The position numbers and the translations under genes are program-made. This document shows positions 20,601 through 32,600 of a stretch of DNA of 58,819 nucleotides, piece after piece. Source of the DNA: a virus (lineage: Duplodnaviria; Caudoviricetes); IMG/VR virus record IMGVR_UViG_3300037657_000011, positions 1 through 58,819 of that record; one strand, written 5' to 3'. The notes under the pieces were generated by a model. That model saw only the letters and a list, made by a program, of their open reading frames with translations. It was not told the origin of the DNA and did no database searches. Position 1 is the stretch's first letter. Each line of letters begins with the position of its first letter.

Positions 20601-23600
20601 CGGTGAAGGCTGGCGCAATGTCGCAAGAGGACGCGGTGAAAGCTGCGGACGAAATGGCGCGCCAGGTGTTCGAGTATGAGGTAACGATTCATAACGCGCG
20701 CGCATCCATTGGGCAGGCGTTGGCATATCTCGGTGATGGCGCGGACCTGCAACGCGCCCATGCGCTGATCGCGTATGCGATGGATATGGAGTATTCCATC
20801 CGCAACACGGCGCGCGAGAACCAGCACAAGCTATACCTGCAAACGCTTGACCGGATCAATAACACGCGCGGGATATTGCGGCGTGATGGGATCGGCATAC
20901 GCCGGGCGTGGGACGAATACCGCAGGCTGAATGACGGCGAACAACGGACGCGGTTGCGGGAGATCGCGGAGATTCATAAGTGGACGGCGGACGCGATCAT
21001 TCGCAGCAGCACGGATTGGGATGGGCTATTGAGGGAGCGCCCGGACATTGCGAAGGCGGCGAACACGGCTGACCGGCTGTTGGAACAGGCGATGGACTTG
21101 GTGCGCAAGGGCGGCGTAGAGGACTTTGAGGCGGTGCTGCTCGGCAATCGCACACGGATAGACCTGGGCAGGCGAGAGGCTTACCGGCAGGCACAGGTGG
21201 TATCACGCGCTGAACCGGAATTGGCGGCGCATGTGTTTGACGTGCTGCTATCCACGGAGAAGGATGTGCAGATGGCGGCGGCGCGCACGGTGGGATCGGT
21301 GCGGCTGGAACTGGCGCGTAAAGATGCCGGCATGATTGACCTGGCGGAATACGACACGCGGGTGAACGCGCACTGGAATCATTACTTCGACTTTGCAGAA
21401 AACCGCTATGGCAAGTACGCGCAGGCGCAGTTGCTATGGATGCAGGTGCGCAATAGCGCAGTAGCGAAGGGGATGCGCGCGCTGGGATGGGAGGATGATG
21501 CCATTGCTGACCTGTTCGGCAAGACGGAACAGGCAGAGGGCATGATTCGGGCGCAGGAGATTCTTGATAAGCGGATACGCGGCGATGTTACACCGGAGCC
21601 TAAACCTGTGCGGCGTGAGAGAGCGCCGGTAGAACCTGAACCGGCGCGGTCATTGTTGGAACAAGCGGATGAGGCTGCACCTGAAACACCGGCTGCACCA
21701 CGCCCACGGGCGGAGATAAGTTATCCGTATGACGTGGACGCGCTGGACGGGACGAAGGTGGTGCTGGCGGACGCGGTGCGCGAAATACTGGATAACAACA
21801 TCGAGAACGCGATGGATGTGGCGGCGCGCTTTAACTTGGGAGAGTATGAGGCGGGGATGCTGCTACGGGCGGCAAAGGCTACGACTGGCGGTGAGCGCGC
21901 GCCGGGCAAAGCTGGGCGCGAAGCACGGGCAGTCGGCAGCACACCGGATAAGAAGTACCGGCTGCGTCGGTGGCTGGCTGATCTGGATGACGTGATTCCG
22001 TCGAACACGGCAAGCGGCGCGGTTGATCCGCGGTATCCGGCGCATTTCCAGCCACGGGATAGAACACGGCAGGGTATGCAGCAGCAGGTTAATAAGATGG
22101 CGCTGGCGTTTGATTCGGATGCCGTCTTAAGTGACTTCCGCGTAGTGGGGCGCGGCGCGCCAACGGCTGTATCTATGAACGGCAAATGGTATGTGGTGGA
22201 TGGCAACGGCAGAACGCTACTGCTAAAGAAGATTAAACAGGATGCGCCGGAGAAGTACGCGCAATACCTGGACGATCTCAAGAGCCGGTTGGCTGAGAAC
22301 GGATTTACCGAAGCGGACCTTGAGGGGATACGCACTCCGGTGCTGATCAGTGAGTTGTTGGATGACGTTGATGTAGTGGAGTTTGCGCGTGAGGGCAACG
22401 TGCAGCAGAGTATGGCAATGTCGCCGTTCGAGGAGGCGCGCATTGATGCCACGCGCCTACTGGATGATGCCGTTACCAAGCTGGCAATCGGTGAAGATCA
22501 GACAGTGGACGAGGCGATCACGTCACTGGACAATCAGCAATTGGTGATTGGATTCATCCGCACCCTGCCGGAGACTGATCGCAATAAGTTAGTGACGAAA
22601 AATGCCACATCGCTGAACCAAGATGGCATTAACCGGTTGAAACATGCGCTGTTCGTCAAGACATACAACAGTGAATCCGGCATACGGCTGGCAGAATCGT
22701 TTATCGAGAGCGCGGATAGCGGGGTAAAGAACATCGAGAATGCCATGTTTGCCAGTTTGGGGCAGATGGCGCGCGCGGAAACGCTGGCGAATAGCGGGGC
22801 GCGCGATGCGGGGCTGGCGATTGCGGATGACTTGGCGATTGCGGTTGAGGGGTTGGCGCGGATGCGCAGGTCGAGGCAGAAGCTACTCGACTTTATAAAC
22901 CAAATACCAATTGACGGCGGTCAGGAATTGACCAAAGTACAGAAGGCATTGGTCGTTTTCTTCCACGAAAACGCCGGAGCCGTCAAGACGATGCGCGAGT
23001 TCATGCGCAACTACGCGGCGGCGGTTGAGAATCAGCCTGGCAGGGATTCACCGGGGATGCCTGGCATTGATCTTTCGATGACGAAACAGGAGATCGTCTA
23101 TAAGCTGGTCGCGGATGTGCAACGGGCAAAGGAAGATGCGGCAAAGGCGAAGCTATTTGGTGAGCCGCTCTATCCATCGCCGTATGACAGTGCGGTTAAT
23201 CCGCGAGAAGCGGCGGACGTGAGTGTACCAACGGAGGCAGACAGTGGAAGGACATTCGATAGCCAACACGCATATCGAGTTGCTGGACCCGGAGAAGATA
23301 CGGGAGTTGACGGACGAGATGCTACTGCAGGAGATGGAGTTTTACGGGCTGACACCATTTCTATTGAAGTTGAAACTAGACCTGACACAACTCCCGAAAT
23401 GGCGCGAGTTGGCAGAAACCTTGTTGCTGACCTGGAATTACAGGATAGATCTAACCAAGCGGGGCAGGCTGTACGTGCAGGAGAGAATGGGCAGACCGGT
23501 GTACGGCGGCAAGGCAGAGTAACTACTGTCGCCTCGCGGTTGGCGGATTCGCTGCGCATTGATGGCACAGCATCACTCATTGGGCAGAGGGTACAAACCG

Positions 23601-26600
23601 CGCAAGACCTCGGCACACTGGCGCAGGTGTTCCGTGATCCACGCTACGAAACTGCGCGCTACTTCTTCATTGACGTAGATGGCAAGGTCATCGGGGAAAC
23701 CGGCGTGTCCTCACGCCTGCCTGGTATCAGCGTTATTGCGCCGGAAGGCGTAGAAGACGATATTGCGTGGCTCAAGGGACTGATAAAGAGCCACAATGCC
23801 GCACAGGTATGGCTGATGCACAATCACCCCAGCGGCTATGTCAATCCTAGCCAACCCGATATGCAGGGGACGGCGCAGATCGCACACGCACTAGGCGAAG
23901 CCTTTGGCGGTCACATCATTATTGACCACAATAAGTTTTTGATGATGACGCGCAAGATGGACGTTCCTATTGAGAGTGGGGGGCGCTTCTTGAATTTTTT
24001 CAATGTCGAGGAAGTGAGAGTACCCACCAGTGAGCCAACGGATGCGGAGGTAGCCGACTTTGCGGCAAGGCAAACGCCGGAACACCTGCAAGAGATCGAG
24101 GCTATTTATGATCGTGATCCGGTTATTGCGATCAGACACATTATCAGGCAAGATAAGCAGACTGATCCGCTGCTGAATCGGGAACCGGGCGATGTAAACA
24201 TAGGCTGGAAAGTGCCTGGTATGGGGTCAGACTTCGCGCGCAACCTGTTCTACATTGGAAAGCAGTACATGACCGGAGATCATCCTGTGTTGATGGGATT
24301 GGGCGCGGATTACACATTGCAAGCCATCGGAACACAGGTCATCGAGGATATCCGCGCACAGGATGGGATGCGGATTGCGGCGCAGATACGCGCGTTTGGG
24401 CGCAATAACGGGGCGCGGCATGTGGCGATGCTGATACCGAAAAATTTGGCGGACCTGAGTCAGGACGACTGGCGGCTGATTGACTTCTCGATCACCACTA
24501 AACTGCTGATGGATGTGGTCACGGTGGATGGGCGCAGCGTGAGGAGCAATTCAGAGGCAAGCCCTTCTGCTTGGATGGAATCGCAAGGCGTGGAGTTGGG
24601 GACGATACCGAAGGGGCGCACACTTTGGGACCCCGGAACGCAGATAGATATGTTCGGCAACTACGTCTTTGACGATGCGCCGAAACCGGCAGAACAACCA
24701 CGGCAAGCGGCGCAACCGGCACGGCAAGAGACACCTCGGCAGGCGGCGCCCCAGCAGCAGGCAGAGACACCTCGGCAAGCAGAACAACCACGGATGGCGG
24801 CGCAGGCTGAACAACCACGGCAAGCGCAACCAGAGACACCACGGGCGGCGCAGATACCGGCAGAGCCGAAGCAGGTCACGGCTGAGAACATCACAACCCA
24901 AGATGCCATTGAGATGTTGCAGGATGGGAGGCTAACCGGACACCAGCTTAATGAGATTGGTCCGCTGTTAAAGCAGGAAAAGCTAGTCCAGCGAGCTATC
25001 GGCGGGGGCATAGATGGGGAGCGCGTGTATGTAACGCCGACTGGCAAGCAGGTTCGCTACACCGATACGCGCGTTTATCGGTTTAACAATGGCAAGACAG
25101 CGAAGATAACGCTGACGGGATTTGACCGTGAGCATATGTCCATCAGCCACGATCTATATGAGATACCTGATCTCACATGGGATGGGGCGGATGCACTCAA
25201 CCAGCAGTTGAGGAATAGCCCGGTCATCCCGTTTGAGCAGGATCAACGGGCGCGCATCGCGGACGTGCTGAACGAAACGAAGCCGATGACGCGCGCGGAT
25301 GTGCGCGGGGCGCTTGAGGCGGTGGCGCGGGGTGAACTGGATCCCGAGATGGTAAGCGCGGCAGTCAAACAGGGCATAGAGGATATTGAACGCAGAGCCG
25401 CGCCGGTGCGCAGAACGGGAGTGTACAAGCTGCCGGATGGGACGGAATTGCAGTATGACGGCGTGGGCTTGCTGGGCGGCAGCGGGTCATATCGGGTGAC
25501 GCTGTACATGCATGATGCCGATGGCAACCAGAAAACGATTTATCAGTTTGCGCCTGCGAACCTGACGGCAGCATCGGCGCAGCGGTCCGCGCTATTGCGG
25601 CAGATAACTGGAAGTGGTACAACTATTACAGGGGGCGCAAATGCTAGACCAACTACTACCCAACCAAGAGGAGCAACCGCAGGAGATACCGCCCGAACTG
25701 GCGGGGCAAGGGGAACAGGCACTACCGCCCGAACTGGCGGCGCTGATGCAGCAGCAGGGGCAAGCGATGCCGGACGAACTGGCAGGGCTGTCAAACCCAC
25801 CAAGCGAGGATCAGATGATTCCTGGCTCGGCGGACTCTTTGCCCACATCCCCGATGAGCAGCCTACCGCTACCCGTGGACGAACTGAGCCAACCACGGGC
25901 GGAGCTGATGCCGCAGGAAGAACCGGCGACAGCGGAGGACGACGATCCCTGGCAACTGAAACACCCGCACCAGATACCGCAACACGCCTCGATCAAGGAG
26001 GAGATACGCAAGCAGTGGAAACTGGCGGATCCGAAGCGGTACAAGGCGCTGGTGAAGAAGGGGGAGCTGGAAGCGGAAGTGCAACTGGCACACGACGAAC
26101 ACGTCCAGACGTTCGGGGCGTACATCGAGGCGGGAGCGGGGTATTACCCGGCATTGGAGATGGCACGGGCAACGTGGAAGTGGGAGACACCGGAGGAAGA
26201 ACACCCGCTGGACAAATACTCGATCAAGAAGTACGGGATACCGATGCCGGAATACATGCACGAGGGGGACGAGGAAGCGGAGAGGATAATGCGGGAGTAC
26301 CGCAAGACACATCCCTACGCCTAGACGATGCGCCGGACAGCCTCAAGGCTGAAACCGAGGCGGTGCGAAATGACGAAGCCAGGGCGATTGATGAGGCGTG
26401 GAGCGCGCTGACTGACACAGAGCGCGGACAGTTTACGGACTGGCTGACCACCAGCACACACCCCATCGCAGGCGAGAAAGTTCCACTGGCAACCAAGTAC
26501 CATATCCTCTCGCGCGTGTTTGCAGATGAGATCAATGATGAGCCGCGATCGGTCCGGCGCGGCAATGGCAACTACGACTACCTCATCACGGAGAAGGATG

Positions 26601-29600
26601 CGATAGGCGCAGGAGGCGCGCGCACCAAGTACAAAGCCAACATCGAGGCAATCCGCATCCTCAAGGCAATTGAGGAAGAAGGCAGATACGCTTCGCCGTA
26701 TGAACAGGCGGCGCTGGTGCGGTATGTCGGTTGGGGCGGCTTGTCTCAGCCGGTGAACACGCTCAAGTATTACCCTGATTGGCATGACGCACAGCGCGAA
26801 GTGCGCGGTATGCTCACGCCGGCAGAACTGGAATCGGCGGGATTGTCCACGCCAAACGCGCACTTTACCAGCATCCCCATTGTTGATGCGATGTGGGGGA
26901 TCATGCAGCGGTTGGGCTTTGGCGGCGGGAGAGTGCTGGAACCGGCTGGCGGGATTGGTCACTTCCTCGGCAGGATGCCGCGCGATGTGTACGCGAAGTC
27001 CACGATGACGCTGGTCGAGATGGATAGCCTGACGGCGCGCATTGCCAAGCAGTTGTATCAGAACGCGGACGTTCACGAGAAGCCGTATCAAGAGGCGCGC
27101 ATCCCGAACAACTGGTTTGACCTGAGCATATCGAATGTGCCGTTTGGGAACTACGCGGTCTATGATCCAGCCTTCCGCGATAACAAGGCGCTGACAAGCA
27201 GCATCCATAATTACTACTTCGCCAAGTCGCTTGAGCATGTGCGCCCTGGCGGGGTGATCGCTTTCATCACCAGCCGGTACACAATGGATTCGATGGGCGC
27301 TGAAGTGCGGCAGTACATCGCTGATCGGGCGGAGTTGATCGGCGCGTTCAGACTGCCCAATACGGCGTTCGAGGGTAACGCGAATACGAACGTCACCACG
27401 GACGTGCTATTCCTGCGCAAGCGCGCGCCGAGTGAGGAAAAGACCGGACCGGCGTGGGTCAAGACGGTGAAGCAAACTGATCCGGTAAGTGGGCGCGAGT
27501 ACGACATCAACGAGTATTACGCGAGTAATCCCGATATGCTGCTGGGGCGGATGGAAGTGACCGAACACGGCAACACATCCGGCAATGAGTGGCAACCGAA
27601 CCTGATGCCGACACGCCCACTAGAGGAAATGCTGCCGGAAATTGTGGCGCGCTTCCCCGAGAACATCTACACCGAGGGCATCCACGTCGAGGCGGAGGAA
27701 GCGCAGATGGTGGCGGCGATGGCGGAGTTCAAGCTAAAGAAGCGTGTTGTCGAGGGGCAATACATGGTGATGGACAGCAGGCTGCACAAGGTTGTGAAGG
27801 GCGCGCCTGTGCCAGTGCAGTTTGACGTGCATAAGACGGCGGCGCTATCGGATGGCGCGCGGCTGGTCGAATCGCTGCAAACCACGCTGGCGGAGATGAT
27901 GAATCCGAACAGCACGGATACCAGCATCGGTACGCACCAACAGACGCTTAACACGCAATACGATACGTTTGTGAAGCGGTACGGCAGGGTGAACGATGCG
28001 AGAGTGGCGGAGTATTTTGCGGATGATCCCCTGTATCCACGCCTGTTGAGCCTTGAGAAGAAGAACGAATGGGGCGCATGGGATAAGACGGACGTATTCA
28101 GCAAGCGCGTAGCCGGCGCGGGAATTGCGATCACGCAGACGGACAGCGCGCAAGAGGCGTTGTATGCGTCACTGTTCAAGCACAATAGCGTTGATCTCGG
28201 CTACATCAGCCAACTGCTGCGGCGCGGACGCGATGAGACGATTGAAGCGTTGGGGGAAATGGTGTACCACGATCCTGACGGGATGTACGTGACGAAGGCG
28301 GAATACCTGTCGGGCGATGTAGTGGGCAAGCTAGAGGAGGCGCGTGTCGCGGCAAAGACGGATGAACGATACCAGCGCAACGTCGAGGCGCTTGAGAAGG
28401 TGCAGCCTGAGCGCATCCCTGCGGGGAAGATCACCGCGCGGTTAGGGTCGCCGTGGATTCCTCCTGATGTGATCGAATCGTTTATTACCTCACTCAGCGG
28501 CGCGAAAGTGGCGGTCGAGCATATTGACGGCACGACTGACTGGAACATCAGTATCAAGCAAGCTGGCAAAGAAGACATGATGTTGCAGTACCAGACACCC
28601 GACGTTAGTTTCATGTATCTGGTGCGGCAGGCGTTGGCACTCAAGCAGCCTACCGTTACATTTAAGGATGCTGAGGGCAGAGAGCATATTAACCAAAGAG
28701 CAACCGAGGCGGCGCGCGAGAAGCAGGCGAAGATCAAAGAGGCGTTTGAGAAATGGGTGTGGCGTGATCCGGCGCGCATGGGGCGGCTGGAAGATTTGTA
28801 CAACCGGACGTTCAACTCGTATATCCCGCGCACATGGGATGGGGCGCACATGCAGTTTCCGGGGATGAACCCGCAGATCACGCTCAACCCACACCAGAAG
28901 GCAGGCGCATTCCGTATTGTGTCGGGGCAGAATGTTTACCTGGCGCATGGCGTTGGAACGGGCAAGACGTTCACGATGATCGCCGGTGGGATGGAATTGC
29001 GGCGGTTGGGCTTGCGCCGTAAGCCGATGTATGTTGTGCCCAATATGATGTTGGAACAGTTCGAGCGAGAGTTCAAGCTGCTGTATCCAATGGCGAACAT
29101 TCAGGTCATCAGACCGGACGACTTAACGCCGGTGAAGCGTCCGCGTATGGTGGCGCAGATCGCAACCAGCGATCTCGACGGCGTGATTGTGTCGCACGAG
29201 ACATTCGCGCGCTTCCCGGTTAGCGCAGAAGCACGGGCGGAGTTCATGCGCAAACAGATCGCTGACCTGGACGATATGATGAAAGGTCGGGGCGATGAGA
29301 AATCGTGGCGTTTCAAGCAACTGCAAAAGCAAAAGCTGGATTTGGAGGCGCGGCTGGAGAAGATGCTATCCGGTAAGAAGGACGACGCTACGCTGTTCGA
29401 GGAGTTGGGCGTGGATCAATTGTTCGTGGATGAGGCACATGCGTTTAAGAATCTGCGCTACACCACACGGCTGGACGGCGTAAAGGGCATGGGATCACCA
29501 GAGGGCAACATGAAAACGATGGATATGATGCTCAAGGTGCGCTTGCTCAATAAGATGAATGGCGGCGGCGGCGTGGTTTACTCGTCCGGCACACCAGTAT

Positions 29601-32600
29601 CGAACTCGCTGGCAGAAACATACACCATCATGCGCTACCTGCAGCCAGACACGCTTGACCAGTTGGGGCTGCGGACGTTTGACGCATGGGCGGGATCGTT
29701 TGCGGAAGTGGTGGAATCAATGGAGAAAACCGCGACTGGCGCAAAGAAGTCGGCGCGGCTGAGTGGTTATGTGAACATGCCGGAGCTGCGTTTCCTGATG
29801 AGCGAAACCACGGACATTAAGACACAGGACACGCTCAAGCTATCCGTGCCGAAGATCGAGGGCGGCGAACCGCAGTCGGTTGTCGCTGAGAAGTCGCCGG
29901 AGATGAAAGCGATCATCGCGGATCTGGTGAAGCGCGCCAAGTATCTTGAGCAGAATCCCGGCGAGGCAAAGAAGAAGGGCGGAGATAACATCCTGGTCAT
30001 TAACGGCGATGCGAAGGCGGCGGCGCTCGACATTCGCACTTACGCGAAGGGCTTGCCGGATGTGCCGGGGAGCAAGCTGAACACCGTGGTAAAGAACGTG
30101 TTGGATATATACCAGCAGACCAGCAATTACCACGGGACACAGATGATCTTCTGCGACTTTAGCAAGCCGAAGAAGCACGGCGGCGGACAGCGCACGGGAT
30201 TCAGCGCCTACGATGACATTATCGAAAAGCTGGTTGCGGGGGGCATCCCGCGTAATGAGGTCGTCAGCATCTACGATTGGGACACGCCACAAAAGAAGGC
30301 GCAACTCAATAAGCTGGTGAACGAGGGTAAGGTGCGCGTGGTGCTGGGCAGCACGGATAAGCTAGGCACAGGCACAAACATGCAGCAACGGTTGTATGCG
30401 GCGCACCATTTGGACATTCCGTACACACCGGCAAAGATGGAACAACGTAATGGGCGCGTGGTACGGCAAGGCAACCTGCACGTCCAATGGGACAAGCCGG
30501 TGAAGGTGCTGAACTACGTGACCAAAGGCACGTTTGACGAGGTTATGTGGGCGCTGCTGCGAAAGAAGGGATCGTTTGTCGCCACGTTCATGAGCGAGAA
30601 ACCGCTGGGGCGCAAGGGCGTGGATGATAGCGCGTTGGTGCTGAACGCGCGGCAGATGGAGATGGCATCGTCTGACGATCCAACCATGCTGCGCCAGGCA
30701 GAACTAGAGAACGACATACAGCGATACGAGAACCTACACGCGGAATATCTGTACCAGCGGCAACAGAACGGAGTGCGGATCAGCCAGGGCGAAACAAAGC
30801 TGGAACGGCAGCGGCAGGACGCGCAGGTTTTATCACGGGCGGCGGCGACATACCGAACTGAGAAACAGAAGCCGTTTAGTATGCGCTGGAACAACGAGAC
30901 ACACTCGGCATGGATTGACAAGAACGCGCGCACGACTGTGAATAACGCGATGATCGCGTGGGCGAAGGATCCCGGCGAAGCGCCTCCGGCTGGCGAGGTC
31001 AAGCCGCTGGGCGAAGTGCAGGGCTTGCGGCTGGAATGGGATGGCAGATATGATTCGCCGGATGCCAAGTTCAGGGGAGTAGAACACCTATTCCATGCGT
31101 CACCGGAAGGGCGCAAGATGATCGAGGCGCAGATGGAAGTGGGACCGGTGATCCGCGTGGTATCGGATTACTACGGCGGCGAGACTGTTGGCAAGTTCAT
31201 CCTATCGCCACGGGACGGCGCGCAAAACATTACGCGGTTGGAGAACATACTGACCGGGTTAGAGGCGCGGAAAGAGGCGGCGATCAACAGTATGCGCGAC
31301 ACGGAGAACCTACTGCGCGAATTGCGGATGCAGATGGCACAGCCGTTTGAGCATGATATGGTGTGGGATCGCTCGAAGGTGGAGCTGGCAGACCTCAAGA
31401 GCAAGTTCAGCGTACAGGACGAAGTAATTGACGAGGTGGACGCAATCGAGCGCAATGAGGATTACACGGGGCGCGAGGCGAAGGTATTCCAGGAGGAGGG
31501 CGCGCCTGATCCGTATGCCGCGCTCAACGATGAACAGATCGAGGCGGCGGCGCTGGCGGATGCGCCTGTGCCGGTGGATGGACTGGTGGCGCAGGATGCA
31601 GACGCGGAGATGACCGGCAATACCGGCGAGACACACGCGCACCAAAGCCTGCTCGACTATGTGACCAAACAGCAGCTTGAGGCGTTGAACGCGATACGCG
31701 ATGGGGCGTTGAAGCATCTCGGAGATGCGCCCAAACGCACGAAGCCTACACTCTCGGCGGATCAGTTGAAGGTGCTAGAGGCGGAAGTGCAGCAGGCGGT
31801 GCGGCAGTTGAATGAAACCGTGGACGCTGGTAAGACTTATGCCAATGAGCGCAGTAACTTCGCGCTGATGGACTACGGCAATAAGCGCGGTTTCGATCTG
31901 TGGCTGTCGTCTATTGCGCCGTTCTACTATTGGGCGACACGCCAGGGCAGAAACTTCATCCTGCGCGCGTTGGATAATCCGCAATTCCTGATCGCCTACT
32001 GGCGCTACAAAGAGGCGATGAAGAAGCACAACAAGCGGCGCGGCACACGCAAGCGGTTTGAGACTGCGTTCCGCATCCCTACGCGCGATCTGACTGGCGG
32101 GGCGATGGATGATGTGTATTGGGATCCGACAAGCGCGCTGTTCCCGTTTGACCAGATGTACGGTGAGGGATATGACGAGGAGGCTACTGGACTGCAGGGG
32201 ATGTACAACACGGCAAGCCAGTTCGGTATGCGCCCACATCCGGTGATTGACGTGCCGCTGCGACTGACCGGCGCGCTGACCAGTAAGTCACCCAACCAAG
32301 AGGGGTATGAGGCAGAGCAGGCGGAATGGGGACCGGGCAGCGTGGGTAAGCTGCTGCAACAGTCCAGCTTGGTGCAAGCGGTGTCGGCGGCGCTGGGCAT
32401 GGGTCCGTCTGGAATGGGGATTAATCCCGAGTCGCCGTTGCGTAAGGCGCTGGGGCTGACTGAGACAGAAGGGTTTGACGCTTATCGTGTGGGGCGGTCA
32501 ATCTCCAACATGGCGGCGGAACAGAACAAAGCCTACGGGGAGCAGTTTGACCGCAGACCATACCTCGCGGCGCAGGAGTTTGTCGCCAAGCATGTAAGCG

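Noticed and set aside
24669-24935. A third nested +1 ORF in the giant gene
   Set aside because: Its R/N/H/G repeat product simply mirrors the QPRQA repeat; no RBS or ordered domain
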